Of a stretch of DNA of 64,000 nucleotides, positions 1 to 14,099 are shown in pieces. The stretch is from Mobula hypostoma. Taxonomy: Eukaryota. Position numbers and translations under genes: made by a program. The stretch is taken from NCBI RefSeq assembly GCF_963921235.1, contig NC_086097.1, positions 203,796,001-203,860,000 of the forward strand, given 5' to 3'. Position 1 is the first letter of the stretch. Each line of letters begins with the position of its first letter. Below the pieces are notes generated by a model that worked only from the letters and a program-made list of their open reading frames with translations, did not search any database and was not told the origin of the DNA.

Positions 1-103
1 GACTATCCTACATAACTAACAAAGAAGCAGGCACAGCTGAGGCCCACGCAAGTGCCCATGGCTATCCCTCAGGTTTGGAGAAAGTGGGAGAAGCTGAAGA
101 AGT
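1..103 (-). mobile_element. Penelope-like element (PLE) reverse transcriptase fragment, cut by window edge
   Basis: Minus strand reads approximately FSHFLQT-GIAMGTCVGLSCACFFVSYVG, matching the PLE RT motif Q..G.AMG...P.YA.LF; decayed. Confidence 0.55.
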
Positions 104-427
104 AACATGGGACAAAATCTTTTGTTTTTGTCAATGGCTGAGAATTCATATGTGTTGAAATGAGGAAGGAGAAATGCAGTATTTTAATTTTTGTATTCAC
201 AATGGATATTGAATTGGAATTGCAGCAATGCTAAAAAGGACCTCCTCGTGTTATATAGTAAATGCACCGGGCAGCTCTGGAGTAGGATTCCGTTTTCTTT
301 GAAAATTGTGATGCTTTACTCCAGTAGAAATATGGAAGGCTTCATTTGCATAGATGTCAAAGAGGAGCTCAATGGCTATATGGAGTTCAGAAAATAAGAG
401 TAGAATATTCAATTGCTGATCAATGTA

Positions 428-1405
428 CATTTTATTCCGGTTAATTAGGCCATCAGTTAACTGGGGCAGCCATTTAGACAACTCCTAAACAACAAAAACA
501 AATCAAGAAAATAGCCAGGATCCCCTTCATTTATTTGGGACACCATGCTGCTTAATTAAGACAGGTGACTGTTGCCAAATAGTTTCTAACTAGCGTCAGT
601 CATGTGCATGTCGTGTGGTCATAATAAACAATACTGTGCTTAGAGTGAACAGATTTTAACAGCATCACTTGTGTGTTTGTTTTTTAGTTGGCAAGAAATA
701 AGTAGCAAGACGATTCAGAGCTGTGTGCTCACTGCGGTTTCAAGCATTCAGGTTAGGAAATGCCAGAAACGGCCAGGAGTGAAAATGAAACAACTTTAGC
801 AAGTTAGGAACTCTGAAGAATTTGAAGGTATAAACAACTATCTTGAATGCTACAATGAAAATGAAGAGTTGGAGGCTCATCAAAACATCAAAAAGTGTTG
901 TACGAAGGCAGACCATTATCCGCACAAGTTGTCTGCACTGATTTTGTTCACTTACAGTCAATTGAAAGAACACGCCAGCATACTCTGAATTAATTCCACT
1001 GTCAATAAATATCAGGAACCAATACACAATTTAAGTATACAAGTACGTGGTTTCATTACACATCCGTGTTTTGCACTATGACTTTTTAAATCATATTTTA
1101 TATTTTTTTATACCTCAGTGCTTTCATTTTGTATTTTAATGTATATATTTTTGACTGAACAACCTAGCATCAATAATTTCCTTTGAGATAAATAAACTTT
1201 TATCTTATAGTACTGTAATGATATTGATAGTGTTCTAATTTGTTTTATATTTCATTTAAATACATAATTTGTTACTCAGTTAAATGACAATTTGTCTTTT
1301 TTTATACCTTTTTAATCATTTCCATGAAACTTCAGCTAATTTTGGCATTTGCTTAATTGGGCCAAAATGTACTGGTCCTGATTAACTCAATTAACTAGAA
1401 TCTGT
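428..1405. mobile_element. Putative non-autonomous Tc1/mariner-pogo (Tigger-like) DNA transposon, old
   Basis: Imperfect terminal inverted repeats: ATTCCGGTTAATT near 434-446 versus AATTAACTAGAAT near 1389-1401; TA at both flanks; related subterminal TAATTGGG-like motifs; no transposase ORF. Confidence 0.4.
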
Positions 1406-2867
1406 TACAAAAGCAGTGATGCATTTTTGAAGTGTGTTTGGTATTTTGAAGTAAAAAGTGTGGGAAACAATTTACATGCAGCACGCTTCCACAAATAGCA
1501 ATGATATAATGACCAAATTTCTATAGACTAGATTCCTATAATTACTTATAAGGGTTTTAAAAGAAAACAATCTTGGAACAGTAAGCCAGGACACATGCGG
1601 ACACACGCGGCCACACACGGCGTTCCAATGTATTTGTTTTAAGGTAAAAGTAACAATACTATGTGGGTTGGTGAAGATCCGGCATAATTACAAATGACTT
1701 CACTTTTAATGGAGGGCAAACTCCTATAATGAACCTTCAATTGTTTTTGGCAAACACAACCAGTGGAACAAAGTAAAGGTCTCAGAAAATTAAACACTGC
1801 AGTAAGCAATTTCCGAAGTCGCTTGATCTATAATTTCCTTTCTTTTCACTGCTGTAACATTCTAATAAATTAATGAGGTATTACAATGGCGCATATTTTG
1901 TCAGTTTATCTACGCCACTATTACACTGGACCCAAATTAATAAGATGCAAAAATAATCCATTTGCCACTTTTATGATGATTCTGTGCAAAATAGTAACTC
2001 AAATTAATGTTGAAAAAAATGTAACTGCAACTTCACTTTTATTTACTTCCCTGTGGATATAAGCTTGATGCAGGTTGTTACAGGATTTCACATACTGACA
2101 TCTAAATTAATCTTGCTGTGAGTCTGTACAGATGCTAGAAAATATGAATGACACGAACTTGTCTCAGAGAAGGTGATATGGGCACATGTCCTCAGGGTAA
2201 AGGTAATGGAAACCCGAAATTTATACCAGGCTGGGTACTTCGGATAATTCAATGTTGCCTTCAGCACAATAATTTGAATTAAACAACTTTAAATCAGAAG
2301 GAGGAAACTGCATATGCACTTGTTTTAAATACAGTCAGGCAATGTCAAGTGGATTGGAAGACTTTAATGTCTCAACAAACATCACTTTGAGGCAAAGGAG
2401 ATTTAATGTGTGGGGTTCTTAACAGAGTTTACATTAAGAGGAGCAAAATGGATGAACGGATAGAAAGCAGGTTGACAAGAAAATTATAGAAAATCTCATC
2501 TAATGGCAAAGCAAACCTAATAAGTAACTTAACAGAATCAAAACTATCAGAAATCAAAATGAGAAAACATAGTCCAGCTTAAAAGATTGGGAGAGTCAGT
2601 TGGAGCCTGTTACTAATTAGAACCTTGAGAAGGGTCCAGGTCAGCGGGGGTGGGAGAATGATTATTGTTGCTTGTAGAAGTTTAAGGATAGAAACTGGGA
2701 CAACAGGCTAAGGAAGGGGTGGAGACAAGGAACTGAAAAGAAACACTAAGGAAGTATTGATTGAAGGATTCAGTAATGGTGTCAGAAGAAGGTCATGATC
2801 AGTAGAAGAAAAAATGGCCTAAGCATGATTATCCTCACCATGACAATCTTATAATTATTACACCAGA

Positions 2868-3300
2868 AAATGAGATCAGTAGGTCCATGGGGTCCATGCC
2901 AACTTCAAGAGAAGCAATATTGTGAATCCCAATTATTCTCCTCTTAGTTATAGAGTTATATATCATGAAAGCAACCCCACCATGTCCATGTTTGCCAACA
3001 GGTACCTTTCAATGCCATTTCCATTTTCCTGCACTTGGCTTGTGCTTTCCAAGCTGTGGTGATTCAAGTGCCTATCTAGATACTTCTAAACAGAGGGTCA
3101 TTCTCTCTAACATTCCACCATGCATCGTGGCCCAAATTTCAACCATGGTCAAAGTGGGAAAAAAAAATCAAATCCCCTCAACTCTTTTACTCCTTAACCT
3201 AAACCTATGCCCTACGTGAAGGATACCTCTGCTAAGGAGATAGGATGCTCACTTGATCAAGTCTCCTTCAATCTTCTTTCCACTCCGGAAGTACCCAATC
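2868..3300 (-). mobile_element. Highly decayed CR1-like LINE 3' fragment
   Basis: Patchy similarity to the CR1 3' ends at 11259 and 20141 (AAACCTATGCCC, TCTCCTTCAATCTTCT). Confidence 0.35.
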
Positions 3301-4339
3301 TGATATCCTAGAGCCTTGTGATATTGAATGTGGATTTCTGCAGCTCTGATGCATATTAAACATGTTTTTGCTATTCTTTCCATTGAGACTGGTCACCATT
3401 ACATTTTGCAATGGTAACTTCTCCAGGACTTTTCAGAAACAAAACTTACTTTTGTCATTGCTGCACTAATGAGCAGCTTTTTCTTATGACTGTGACCTCT
3501 CTGCGAACATAATCAGAAAAATCACTGAATTTGTTAGCTGTGTTCAAAAGACCATGGGAAATTTGATGGAGGTTTGTAAAACTATCAATAACAATTATTT
3601 CCAGGGGCTCATGTGCAGATGCTGACATTAAAATTATTATTTAGGTAGTGAAGCTAGATATTGGAGGAATCTCTTTATATGAATTGTAATTGATGAAAAA
3701 TTTTTTAGAAACATCGAATTCATTTTGATTTTAGATGTTACCTTGAAATTTATCCCCAATAGGTACCACTAAATATGCTATATATTAATAGCTAGCTACA
3801 CAACCAACCAACAAATTCTTTTGGATATGAAGAAGAATACAGGTTTAGTAGAAATGACTGAAGAAAAATTAAAGCATTTAACCTCTTACTAGCAGTTTGT
3901 GGTCTCTTCCCTTGGTACTGTTCCATCACGGAGCCTGCTACATCAGTTTCTTAAGGATTAAAAACACGTGAGCTCAGTATTAATTATGGATTGGAAGTGG
4001 GCAAAGGAAGATTTAAACTGTTCCACCATCCAGTTATGTAAGCAGGGAGACCTGTCCAACAGACATGCTGTTTTCCAACTCCCTTACCAAAATACTTGGC
4101 AAGTTGAAGGGTTAGGGCCACCCATCCATTAAAATAATGTCACCCATGATACCCTAGGGGACTGACACTGGCACCCATGATATGCAGCAGGAAAGGATCC
4201 CCAGCTGAGAGGACTGGGCTGCCAGAAGGGGACACCTAATGCTTTCCTGTAGAGCCTAGAGAAAAACTCCTCTCCTTTCAGTTTGCAGGAAATAGCAATT
4301 TAAGCCTTGTGACTTCATTAGAATCCTATTCATATATTC

Positions 4340-4625
4340 AGAGTCATAGAGTGATTTGACATGGAACAGGTCCTTCAGCACAATGACACCAAGCCAACTA
4401 TCTTGCACCTATTCCCCAGATTTCCATCAGCTCCTCACCTATTTTACTACTCACCTACACAATAGAAATATCTACAGTGGCCAATTAAATTACCAATGTG
4501 CGTGTCCTTGGAATGTGAAAGGAAGCTGGTGGAGACTCTGAGGTAGTACATACAAGCTCTATAGAGACTCAGGCAAAGTCAAAGTCACGCCCAAGCTCTT
4601 GGTGCTGTGAGGTAGCAGCTCTAAT
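4340..4625 (-). mobile_element. Decayed tRNA-derived SINE with CR1-type tail (HE1/V-SINE-like)
   Basis: Reverse complement begins AGAGCTGCTACCTCACAGC, has a V-domain-like TTCCTTTCACATTCCAAGGAC, and ends in a CTCTATGACTC tail shared with CR1 copies here. Confidence 0.5.
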
Positions 4626-7600
4626 AGAACAAAACTTAAACGGGAATCAATAAAGAGTGGCTACTATTTTAAAATGTCTCCAGTACATTAAAAATACAGC
4701 CACATGTGTTAGCTGCCGCTGCCTCTTGATACTATCCAGGAAGGACGTGTTTAAAATGAACAGGCTGACGTTTGCAGTAGGACCAATGAATAAGAAAATA
4801 ATTCAACAGCAGAAACAAGTGACTCTTCTCATCTCCCAACCAGCCGGAAACTGTAAATACTGCTCTTCACTTTCAAATAGCTTCTCATATATAGGCTACA
4901 TTAGTACATTTGGTATATTAATTTTTCAATAAATAATGAACACAGGCATTTTCTGGTTAAAATGTGTGCGAAAAGTACTGGGATTTAAGAACAGAATTCA
5001 TTAAATTTGAAATTTTATTTCATTGTTTTAAGTACCTGTGCAACTTGTTCACAATGAACCATTCTTTTTTGATTAGAGTTAGTGCTCAGCAATTCTGACA
5101 CGAACTGACTTGCTTGTTTACATAGATACTGGGGCATATTGTAAAGACCTCCATTTATAGTACCCCGTGAGTGTTCGGTGTTCAGCAATAAGCTTTCAAA
5201 GCAGATTTAGACCTTAACCAGCAATGATTTGGAATTGTTAATCATTTATTCTATAAGTTTTGATTTCTTGTTAACTTTTATTTCGCAGGTTTATTAACCA
5301 GGGTTCATATGGAGAAGATTTTAATTCATTTATTTTGCTGGGAAAAACACTTTGATTTAGATTACATATCATGAGAAATGTGAAGGGAATGTCTTATTTT
5401 TGTAAGCTGTTGTACTTCTAGAAGAGGTTTCACAAAAATTATTTTATCATTTTAGACAGAAAAATGCTAGATAGGCATTGAGCTTCTTCTAAAGATAGAC
5501 TGGAAAACAAACAGCTTCCCAGACTTGAAACTTGTCTCAACAACTCCTGCAAGTAGGCAGCTTTTAAGAAAATTCATTGCCCTACCTTCTCCTGCACCTG
5601 CCACAGGCAAGTGCCTCCGTCATTGAGAAAAATAACTTAATGCTATTGCAGGCCCTGACCTGCAGTAGCTTTACCCAGGTGATTATATCATCTGTCCTTT
5701 CTGCAGATCAGCAATCACGGCAGATGGTTTAAAACAGGGCAATGCTAATGTCCATTATCGAGAACATGAGGGGATAAAAATTAACCTACTTTATGGACCA
5801 GTTTGCAATCGTTCCCCAATTTTGCTTGATGAAAGTATGTTGTTTAAAACAACGGGCCTGCAGCATAGGTAATGTGGCAAAAAAATGCAACTCTCAGGAG
5901 CCTCCACCCAGCATCTGACAAAACATGAAGCTTATAGCGTACACCTGCGGCAATAGAACAAGTGTATGTGCCTTAGTCTCTGCCTGAGCTCGTCCAGCTT
6001 TGTTCAGCCAGCTGCAGATAGACAGTCAGGTGTACAAGGCACGTGGCACATTTTGTGAAGATGAATGATAACTTTACTGGTTATTGCCAGAGGCATGTTC
6101 AGTCATAGCTGCCTTTTTTTCATCTTCTTCCAGAACTTCCTTTTATTAGTGTTTATTGCATAGTACGTGTTGATAGTTGTAATCTTACACTGGCTCACTT
6201 GAACTGCAGGAGAAGGCTTTATAAACATTCAAAAATACAGCTATAAGCAATGTTAAGGTGGCTCAAATGCAACAAATGGCAATTAAAGTTTAGTCGCTTG
6301 GTAACATTTGAACAAATATTCATTCATCGGGGTATATTGCCACTTTTAGTTCTTTCCATCACATCATTACCATATTGGAGCAGACCCTTCTTTCTTTCAA
6401 TAAAAGACCAATTAATAGACTTCACTATTAAACTGAGATTTTCGAACATAAAAGTTGAAACATCTATTCAAGCCATTAGTTGCTTGCAAGTTCTTTTCCT
6501 CAGTTCACTTTCCAAAATGTGTGCTTAACAGACAAGCACACACACCTCTACCAAGCCTATTTCTGTATAAGTTCATAAAAAGTCTCTGATTTGTGTATTT
6601 GTATTTGTATTCAATTAATGTATTGATATATATCGATCTTTTTTCAAATGTCAACAGGAAGACCAGGCATTATATTAACTGTTTTAATATTTTTTCTATA
6701 TGGGAGTCATTTAACTCACTCAACAGAGGCAAATGTGTGAATGCAGCTCTACAATGGCTTAGTAACTAATGCCTACTGCATTCCCCAATATTGCTACCTT
6801 AATTGGGCCCATTTGATCAAGCAATTAAGATTCTTTCCTTTATTTAGATGGCAGCCTCATTAATAAATATAGCAGGGGTTGTAGGACAATATTAAGACCT
6901 GCCATTTGCTGAGCTTTGGAAGAATACTGCAACAGTTAACCTTTCTTTCTGTATGAGATAAAGAAGGGCATAAAAGATGAATATTTACAGTAGATAGCAC
7001 AATGAAACTGAAATAGAGTGTATGAGGTCCCATTCTGGAGACAATTTACATCAGCTGGATCTGAATACGGAGGCACCTGTTTCTTTCAATTTTTTTCCTG
7101 TCATTAATTCATTTCTATCAATGGACAATTTATTTGTCATTTCAATGTTACATTGTGGACTCTTGAATATGCAAGATGAGTTTTCTTGTAGATTTTCATT
7201 GATGCCTAATGATATTTTTGTACTACTACTGGAGGAGAGGGACAGAAGACAAAAGATTGCTCATTCTGCACTCTAATCTCCCCCTTACACTACCCTTCTA
7301 TTCCATATCTGATTTTCTATTACTGCAATATATGCAAACATTCCATAAATGTTATCCTATTAAACAGATTGAAATTTATGTGTGCAAAGTAGGTTTTTAA
7401 CCTCCAGTGAAGTCCGTTGCAGAATCCTCGGACTGTGATACACTTAAGTAATGAGGGAGTTAACTTTCTACAAGCATAACAGAGAATAATTTGTCACATG
7501 GCATAATCTTTATGGGAGTAATAGCATCAAATCTACAATATTGTTCAAAACAAATCTGACACATAGAACATAAATTAGTGCAGACATCCAGAGTGGAGAG

Positions 7601-7829
7601 AGTAAAGTATTCGATCCTTGACATCAATTCCTTTTAAAACAATGTGGCATAGAGTAGATCACTAAAACACTCTTGGAAATTCATCCTGCTCCCATGAGGC
7701 TAACCTACACATTTTAACTTGTTGTCTGGAAAGGTATACTCATTAAATGTTATCTTTGTTTGAACAGAAAGACCCAGATGAAGCTTGGGTACAAGTGCAA
7801 CAGTCTGAAACGTGTTTGAGGCAGAGAGA

Positions 7830-8030
7830 TCACTGCTGTTTCAGACTGAGAGTGTACAGCCAGTATAAAGAGGTGAGAGCAGGTGGTGAGTCAGGCGATA
7901 TGTAGAATAAGGGGGTAATGGGTAGATTGAACCAGATGGAGGATGGGATGTAAGCGGTTAATAGGGGACTGGGAGGAAGTTGAAAAAGGAGGGGTGAAAA
8001 GGTGGCACCTGGGTGGTAGGGTGGAGATAC
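7830..8030 (-). mobile_element. Decayed PLE 3' region
   Basis: Purine-rich tract similar to the PLE copies at 28060-28380 and 43800-44090. Confidence 0.4.
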
Positions 8031-9324
8031 GTTTCTGCCATAGGAGGTATAAGGCAATCCGTCCCGCCGCTAGCCTGCTGGTCACCCTTGGGCAAGGTGT
8101 AGTACTGCTTAACCCCCCAGTCAGGGTCAGCTGAAACCAGGAGATGCTGGAGGATAATATGCGGTGGTGTGAATGGTCAAAATCAAGTCAAATCAAGTTT
8201 AATTATCATTCAAACCATACATAGATACAGCTGAAGCCAAAGTGCAAAACGTTCAAAATAGCAAGCAAACATACAAAAATAGCAAGTAACATAATTCAAA
8301 ATAGCGAGCAAAGAAGCATATTCACTCAAAAAAATAAACCTATATATAGCCCAAGACCCTGGGCAACAATGTCTGGCGATTGATGATACAGTCTCCCAGC
8401 AGTATACAGATACACACAATCCAAATGAATTCTCTGTTTTGTTTGAAGGGGAGGAGAGGTGACAACAGAGGTATGGAACACCAACAAATTAGTTGCACAC
8501 AAGATAGACAGAGAAGTGGATTAGTAATATTGGTAATTTGCAAAAGACAAATCAGTTTCTGAAGGGAGCAAATAGCTTAAACTACATAAAAATCTTCTTA
8601 TACTTCAAAATCTATTTCGTAATTTGTTGGCTAGTACCTCCTATAACAACCATGTGTGTCTCTTCCTCAGTCAAAAAGAACAATCTTCTATGAGAACCAG
8701 GAAGTGATGGCCCAGAACTGAAAATGTTTTGCTGACTCTTGACCCTGAACTGAGGAAATTGTGGCCCCAGTACATGACCTGATCCATCTTTGGCATCAGG
8801 TCCTACTGATTGCTTTAGAGTAGGACCGCATGCTGAAACATCTCCAGCCAGTTCATCGTCACTTGTATCACTTTCATATGAATGCGGAATCTACAATTTC
8901 CACAAATCTGCAATGTCCTTAGGCATTAAGCTTTTCAGTAAAGTGGGCGATGTGTTAGTGGTGTTGTAGTATTCCTAGAAGCTCTCGAGAAAATTTCCAG
9001 CAAATTTATCTGTGAGTTCTGGATTTGACCACATGTTGTATTGTTTCATCAAGCTAAGGAGAATCTCATGCTAGTGTTAAAAGCGATGATATCCTGCTGG
9101 TCCCCGGATGGACGCCTTTTTAATAACTCTTTGGTTGCAGTGGCACAATGTACGCTGAGTTGAAAGCCAGGCTTACACTTTGCAATAGGAGAGGATTTAG
9201 TAGCATAGACAGAGTTGTGTCAATGGGGCCAACTCTATAAGTGTCATGGTTTGTGCCATAAAACAGCACAAACTAATTTTAATTTCCCCACAGGACCCTG
9301 TGAAAAGAAGATGGATATTTAGAT

Positions 9325-9625
9325 TAACTTTATTTGCAATGTGTACATTGAAACATCAAAACATCCAGTGAAATCCATTATTTGTATCAATGACCAACCT
9401 AGTTTGAGATGTTCTGTGGACAGACCATAAGTGTCTCCATGCTTCTGCTGCCAACTTAGCATGACCAGAACTTACTAACCCTAACTCATACATCTTTGGA
9501 AAGTGGGAGAAACCCAGAGGAAAGCCACATGGTTACAGGGAGAACCTACAAGCTCTGTACAGATAGAGTGGGAATTGAACCCCAATCTTACAGCTGACAC
9601 TGTAAGCATTATACTAACCACTATG
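9325..9625 (-). mobile_element. tRNA-derived V-SINE-like element
   Basis: Reverse complement has A-box-like TAGTGGTTAG, B-box GGGTTCAATTCCC and V-domain-like TTTCTCCCACTTTCCAAAGA; related to 35680-35940. Confidence 0.55.
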
Positions 9626-10157
9626 GAACTCAGGCATTGTTAAAAAGGTGCCTCCATTCTAGTTAGTTCAATGGTGCAGAACACTCCAGAATCTCCACAA
9701 AATGCTTCAATTTACAAGCTCATGGTGGAGCCTCTCCCTTTTTAAAATCATTCCTAATTAATTTGAAGTCAAGAAATGCTTTTGGAAGTTGTTGCGTAGC
9801 AGGTGCAAGTGAGCAGATTTTCTGAGTACAGCCAACCTTGGTAAAACTGGAAGGTTTCCAGCATGTCATACAGAAAATGGGGAGAATCACCTGTTATGGT
9901 ATTGAACTGTAGCCAGCAACGTCATTGGGAATCAGCAACTTCATCAAGTTCCCTTGTGAAAATTTTTCAGCGACAGGGACAACTAAATTGCCTTCCAGCT
10001 ATTGTGGTTAGGAGAAATCTACTGGAGAGATTAATGATAGACCTTTACTAAAAGAAGCCTGAAAGAAATTTAGGTGAAAGATGCACTCAATGTTACAATG
10101 ACATATGTGAATCATTGACTGGGAAAATGAAATGACAAAAAATTTATTCCTTGGTAT

Positions 10158-10545
10158 GTAGAAGATTGAAAGGAGATTTGATAGAGGTATAGAAAATTAT
10201 GAGGGGTAGACAGGGTAAATGTAATCAGGCTTTTTCCACCGCTTGGGTGGGACTACAACTGGAGTTAAAGTGAAAGGTGAAAAGTTTAAGGGGTAACATG
10301 AGTGGAAACTTCTTCACTCAGAGGGTCGTGAGAGTATGGAATGAGCTGCTAGTGCAAGTGGTGCATATGAGCTCGATTTCAACCTTTTAGAGAAGTTTGG
10401 ATAGGTACATGAATGGAAGGGGTATGGAGGGCTATGGTCCCGGAGTGGGTTGGTGGGAGTAGTCACTTTAAATGGTTCGGCACAGACAAGATGGGATGAA
10501 GGTCGTATTTCTGTGCTGTACTTTTCTATGACTCAATGACTCTGA
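10158..10545 (+). mobile_element. CR1 LINE 3' fragment
   Basis: RRLKGDLIEV.KIMRG...FFTQRVVRVWNEL C-terminal motifs followed by a CTATGACTC-type tail. Confidence 0.75.
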
Positions 10546-10934
10546 CTCGATGAGTGTCAGTCACATTAACAGCACATAAATGTTTTTCATGTTCTTAGCA
10601 GCCGGTACCCCTATTTTCTCAGTACATTTTTGCCAGACCATAACTTTGTTCAAATATGATCAAGATTGTAAAAGCTATAAGCACCTATGGTAACTCAATC
10701 TGCCCCTGTGGAGGTAATAGACAGGTTAATACACCAAGCTGTTCTCTTCTTTAGAAAATTTATAAGGGAGTCTGTTAAAGAGCAGAGGGCTGAAGGAAGC
10801 AAACAAGGTAGGTATTATTGATATTGTAACATTTAATAGAGCCCAACAATCAAAATGTCAACATTGTTAAGAGAGAAAGTAAATTGTAATATCGAAGGGA
10901 AACTTAAGGAAGTAAAAACACTACACTATACTTG

Positions 10935-11258
10935 TTCAAGAAAATCACACAAATCCTGGAGAAACTCAACAGGTCAGGAAGCATTTGTAGAGGCAATGGA
11001 CATATAACATTTTGTGTTGAAACCCTTCCTCTGCACTGAAAGAGAGCAGGGAGATTGTCAGTATTAATGGTGGAGGGCAAGAGCTGGCAGGTGAAAAGTG
11101 AATCAAGGTGAGAGGGGTGGGGGAGAGAAGGAATGATATCAGAAGTGATAGGCGTCAGTGAAAATGCACTGAGGATGATGGAATTTGATAGGAGAGGAAA
11201 GGGAAGCACGGAATAAAATGAGGGAAGAGTGGTGGGGAACCAGTAGGAATGCCCAGAA
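10935..11258 (-). mobile_element. PLE terminal region, decayed, abutted by a CR1 insertion
   Basis: CACAAATCCTGGAGAAACTCAACAGGTCAGGAAGCAT matches the family terminus; hammerhead core degenerate. Confidence 0.55.
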
Positions 11259-12712
11259 GACCATAAGACATAAAAGCAGAAGTAGGCCATTCAGACCACT
11301 GAGTCTGCTCTGCCATTCCATCATGGCTGATTTATTATCCCTCTCAACCCCGCTCTCCCACCTTCTCCTGTAACTTTTAACACCCAGACTAATCAAGAAT
11401 CTAGCAGCATCTGTTTTAAATATACTTAATGACTTGGCCTCCACAGCCATCCATAGCAATGAATTCCACAGATTCACAACCGTTTGGCTAAATAAATTCT
11501 TCCTCATCTCTGATCTAAAGATACATCCTTCTATTCTCATACTGTGCCCTTTGGTTCTTGCCTCGCCACAATTGGAAACAGCCTCCCCACACCCATTCTT
11601 TCTAGGCTTTTTAATATTTGATAGCTTTCAATAAGATCCCCCCTCATTCTTCTAAACTCCAGCAAAGACAAGCGCAGAGCCACTTAATGCTTCTCCTATG
11701 TTAACCCTTTCATTCCTGGAATCATTCTTGTGAACCTCCTCTGGACCCTCTCCAATGCCAGCACATCCTTTTTTAGATAAGTCACCCAGAACTGCTCACA
11801 ATACACAAAGTGTGATCTGAGCAATGCCTTATAATGCCTCAGCATCACATCCTTGCTCTTATATTCTTGTCCTCTCGAAATGAACGCTAGCATTGCATTT
11901 ACCTTCATTATTACTGATTCAAACTCGAAGTTAACCTTTAAGGTATCTTGCACAAGACTCTCAAGACCCTTTGCACCTCTGATTTTTGAATTGTCTCCCT
12001 GTTTAGAAAATAGTCTACACCTTTACTCCTTCTACCAAAGTGCATGATTATACACATCCCTACACTATATTCCACCTACCACTTATTTACTCGTTCTCCC
12101 AATCTGTCTAAGTCCTTCTGCAGTCTCTCTGCTTCCTCAACACCACCTGCCCCTCCACTTATCTCCATATCATCTGCAAACTTGGCCGCAAAGTAATCAA
12201 GCCTGTCATCCAAATCATTGACAAACAACATGAAAAGAAGTGGTGGCAATACTGACCGCTGCAGAACACTGCTAGTCACTGGCAGCCAACCAGATAAGGC
12301 CCTCTTTCCACTCTTTGCCTCCTGCCAGTTAGCCAATCTTCTATGTGTGCTAATATCTTCTCTGTAATACCAAGGGCTCTTATCTTGTTTAGCAGCCTCG
12401 TGTGTGGCACCTTGTCAAAGACCTTCTAAAAATCCAAGTACACAACATCCGATGACTCTTCTTTGTTTATCTTAACTGTTATTTCCTCAAAGAATTCCAA
12501 CGGATTTGGTAGGTAAGACTTCCACTTAAGGAAGCCATGCTGACTTTAGCCTACTTTATCATGTGCCTCCAAATACCCCCAATCCTCCTCCTTAGTAATG
12601 GACTCTAACAACTTCTCAACAACTAAAGGCAGGCTAACTGGTCCCCCATTACTACCTCTCCAGTGTCACTTTCCAGCAGTCTGATATCTACTCTCACCTC
12701 TTTTTTACTCTT
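11259..12712 (-). mobile_element. 5'-truncated CR1 LINE (RT region and 3' UTR), pseudogenised
   Basis: ORFs 12076-12336 (AKFADD), 11696-11953 (LERVQRRFTRMIPG) and 11139-11540 (FSQTVVNLWNSL); CATAAGA-type tail. Confidence 0.85.
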
Positions 12713-13385
12713 AAATATAAACTCACATTTAACCACAGAAGATGTGTCAACATGTCTATAGGGGAAAGAGGACCTATTTTTTGGGGATGTCTGGAAACAC
12801 ATCGATACACTAAGATCAACAGGTGAACTGTTACTTAGACCCCCAAGTTCAGTAACTTTTTGTTAAAATGTAGTCCTTCAGTTTTTAATTGGCCTACTTT
12901 GAAAAGACCTACAGACCAGGAAGGAGCTCATAGATTTATATAGTCCACAGAATCAGGCCTTTGAGCTCTTCATGTCCATGTTGAGTATCAAATAGCCATC
13001 CATACTATTCCCATTTTCCAGCACATAGTCAACAATTTCTATGCCTTGGTGATTTAAATGCTCATCTAGAAACTTCTTAAATGCTGTGGAAGTATTTGCC
13101 TTTCTGGCCACCTCATGCAGGTCTGATAAATTCTATCCAACTTTGAGCATACGGCAATAGAAAATCATCTCCATTCTATTGTTAGTCCAATTTGTATTTG
13201 CCAGCTCCACATTAAACAAGGATCCCACACCAGAGTAGTGATGGGATTCAGTGCTGACAACTGAAGCAAGTGTATCCAAGTATTTTATCAACATTTTTTT
13301 GCATTAATTTCAAACTTGATATGTTGTTCTCCCCTAACAGAGGATCTGTCCAAGAATCATCACATGAGTGTTATCACAAAGAAGA

Positions 13386-13990
13386 CACAACAGCGCCTCT
13401 AGTTTCTTAGAAGTTTGCATAGATTCACCATGAGCATCTGCATCTGTAACTTCACCATCTCCAAAAGGATCCCACCACCAAACATATCTTCACCTCTTCC
13501 TCTTTCTCCACTTTCCGCAGTGATTGCCTGGTCAGTTCATCCCTCACCACTATCTCCCTCCCGGCACTTAACCCTGCAAATGGCCAAAGTGCTACACCTG
13601 TCCCTTCACCGACTCCCTCACCTCTATTCAGGGCCAAAACAGTCCATCTAGGTGATGCAACACCACCAAGTTCAGGAACAGTTATTGCCTCCAACCATCA
13701 GGCTTGTGAACCACTGTGGATAACTTCATTCGCCACTACTCATAACTGATCCTACAACTTACAGGCTCACTTTCTTTACAACTCATGTTCTCATGTTTGC
13801 AGTGTTATTTTTAATTGCGGTTTGACTTCTTTTGCACATTGTTTTTTTCCCACTCTTAGTCTGTCTATGTATATTTTCATAAAATTCTATTCTGTTTTTT
13901 CCCTGCAGAATCCTGCAAGATAATGAATCTTAAGGTAGTATGTGGTAACATAAATATATTTTGATAATAAATTTACTTTGAACTTTGAAC
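13386..13990 (+). mobile_element. Rex1/Babar-like LINE 3' remnants interrupted by a PLE fragment (about 13434-13660)
   Basis: CAGCGCCTCTA.TTTCTTAG (QRLYFLR) motif, then PLE GGATCCCACCACCAAACATATCTT, then a Rex-type tail ending TAATAAATTTACTTTGAACTTTGAAC. Confidence 0.55.
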
Positions 13991-14099
13991 TTGATACACA
14001 GCCTTCGCAGATTTCTGTCTTTGTCACTCACTGATACACTCACTTTTCCTCAGGAATTTCTTTGTTAACTATTCAGACAACCTGTTTGTCTTCCTTGGT

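Noticed and set aside
5280..5360. Possible host exons after strong acceptors (TTTCGCAG near 5288; also TTTTCAG near 28786)
   Set aside because: No convincing downstream donor or recognisable peptide
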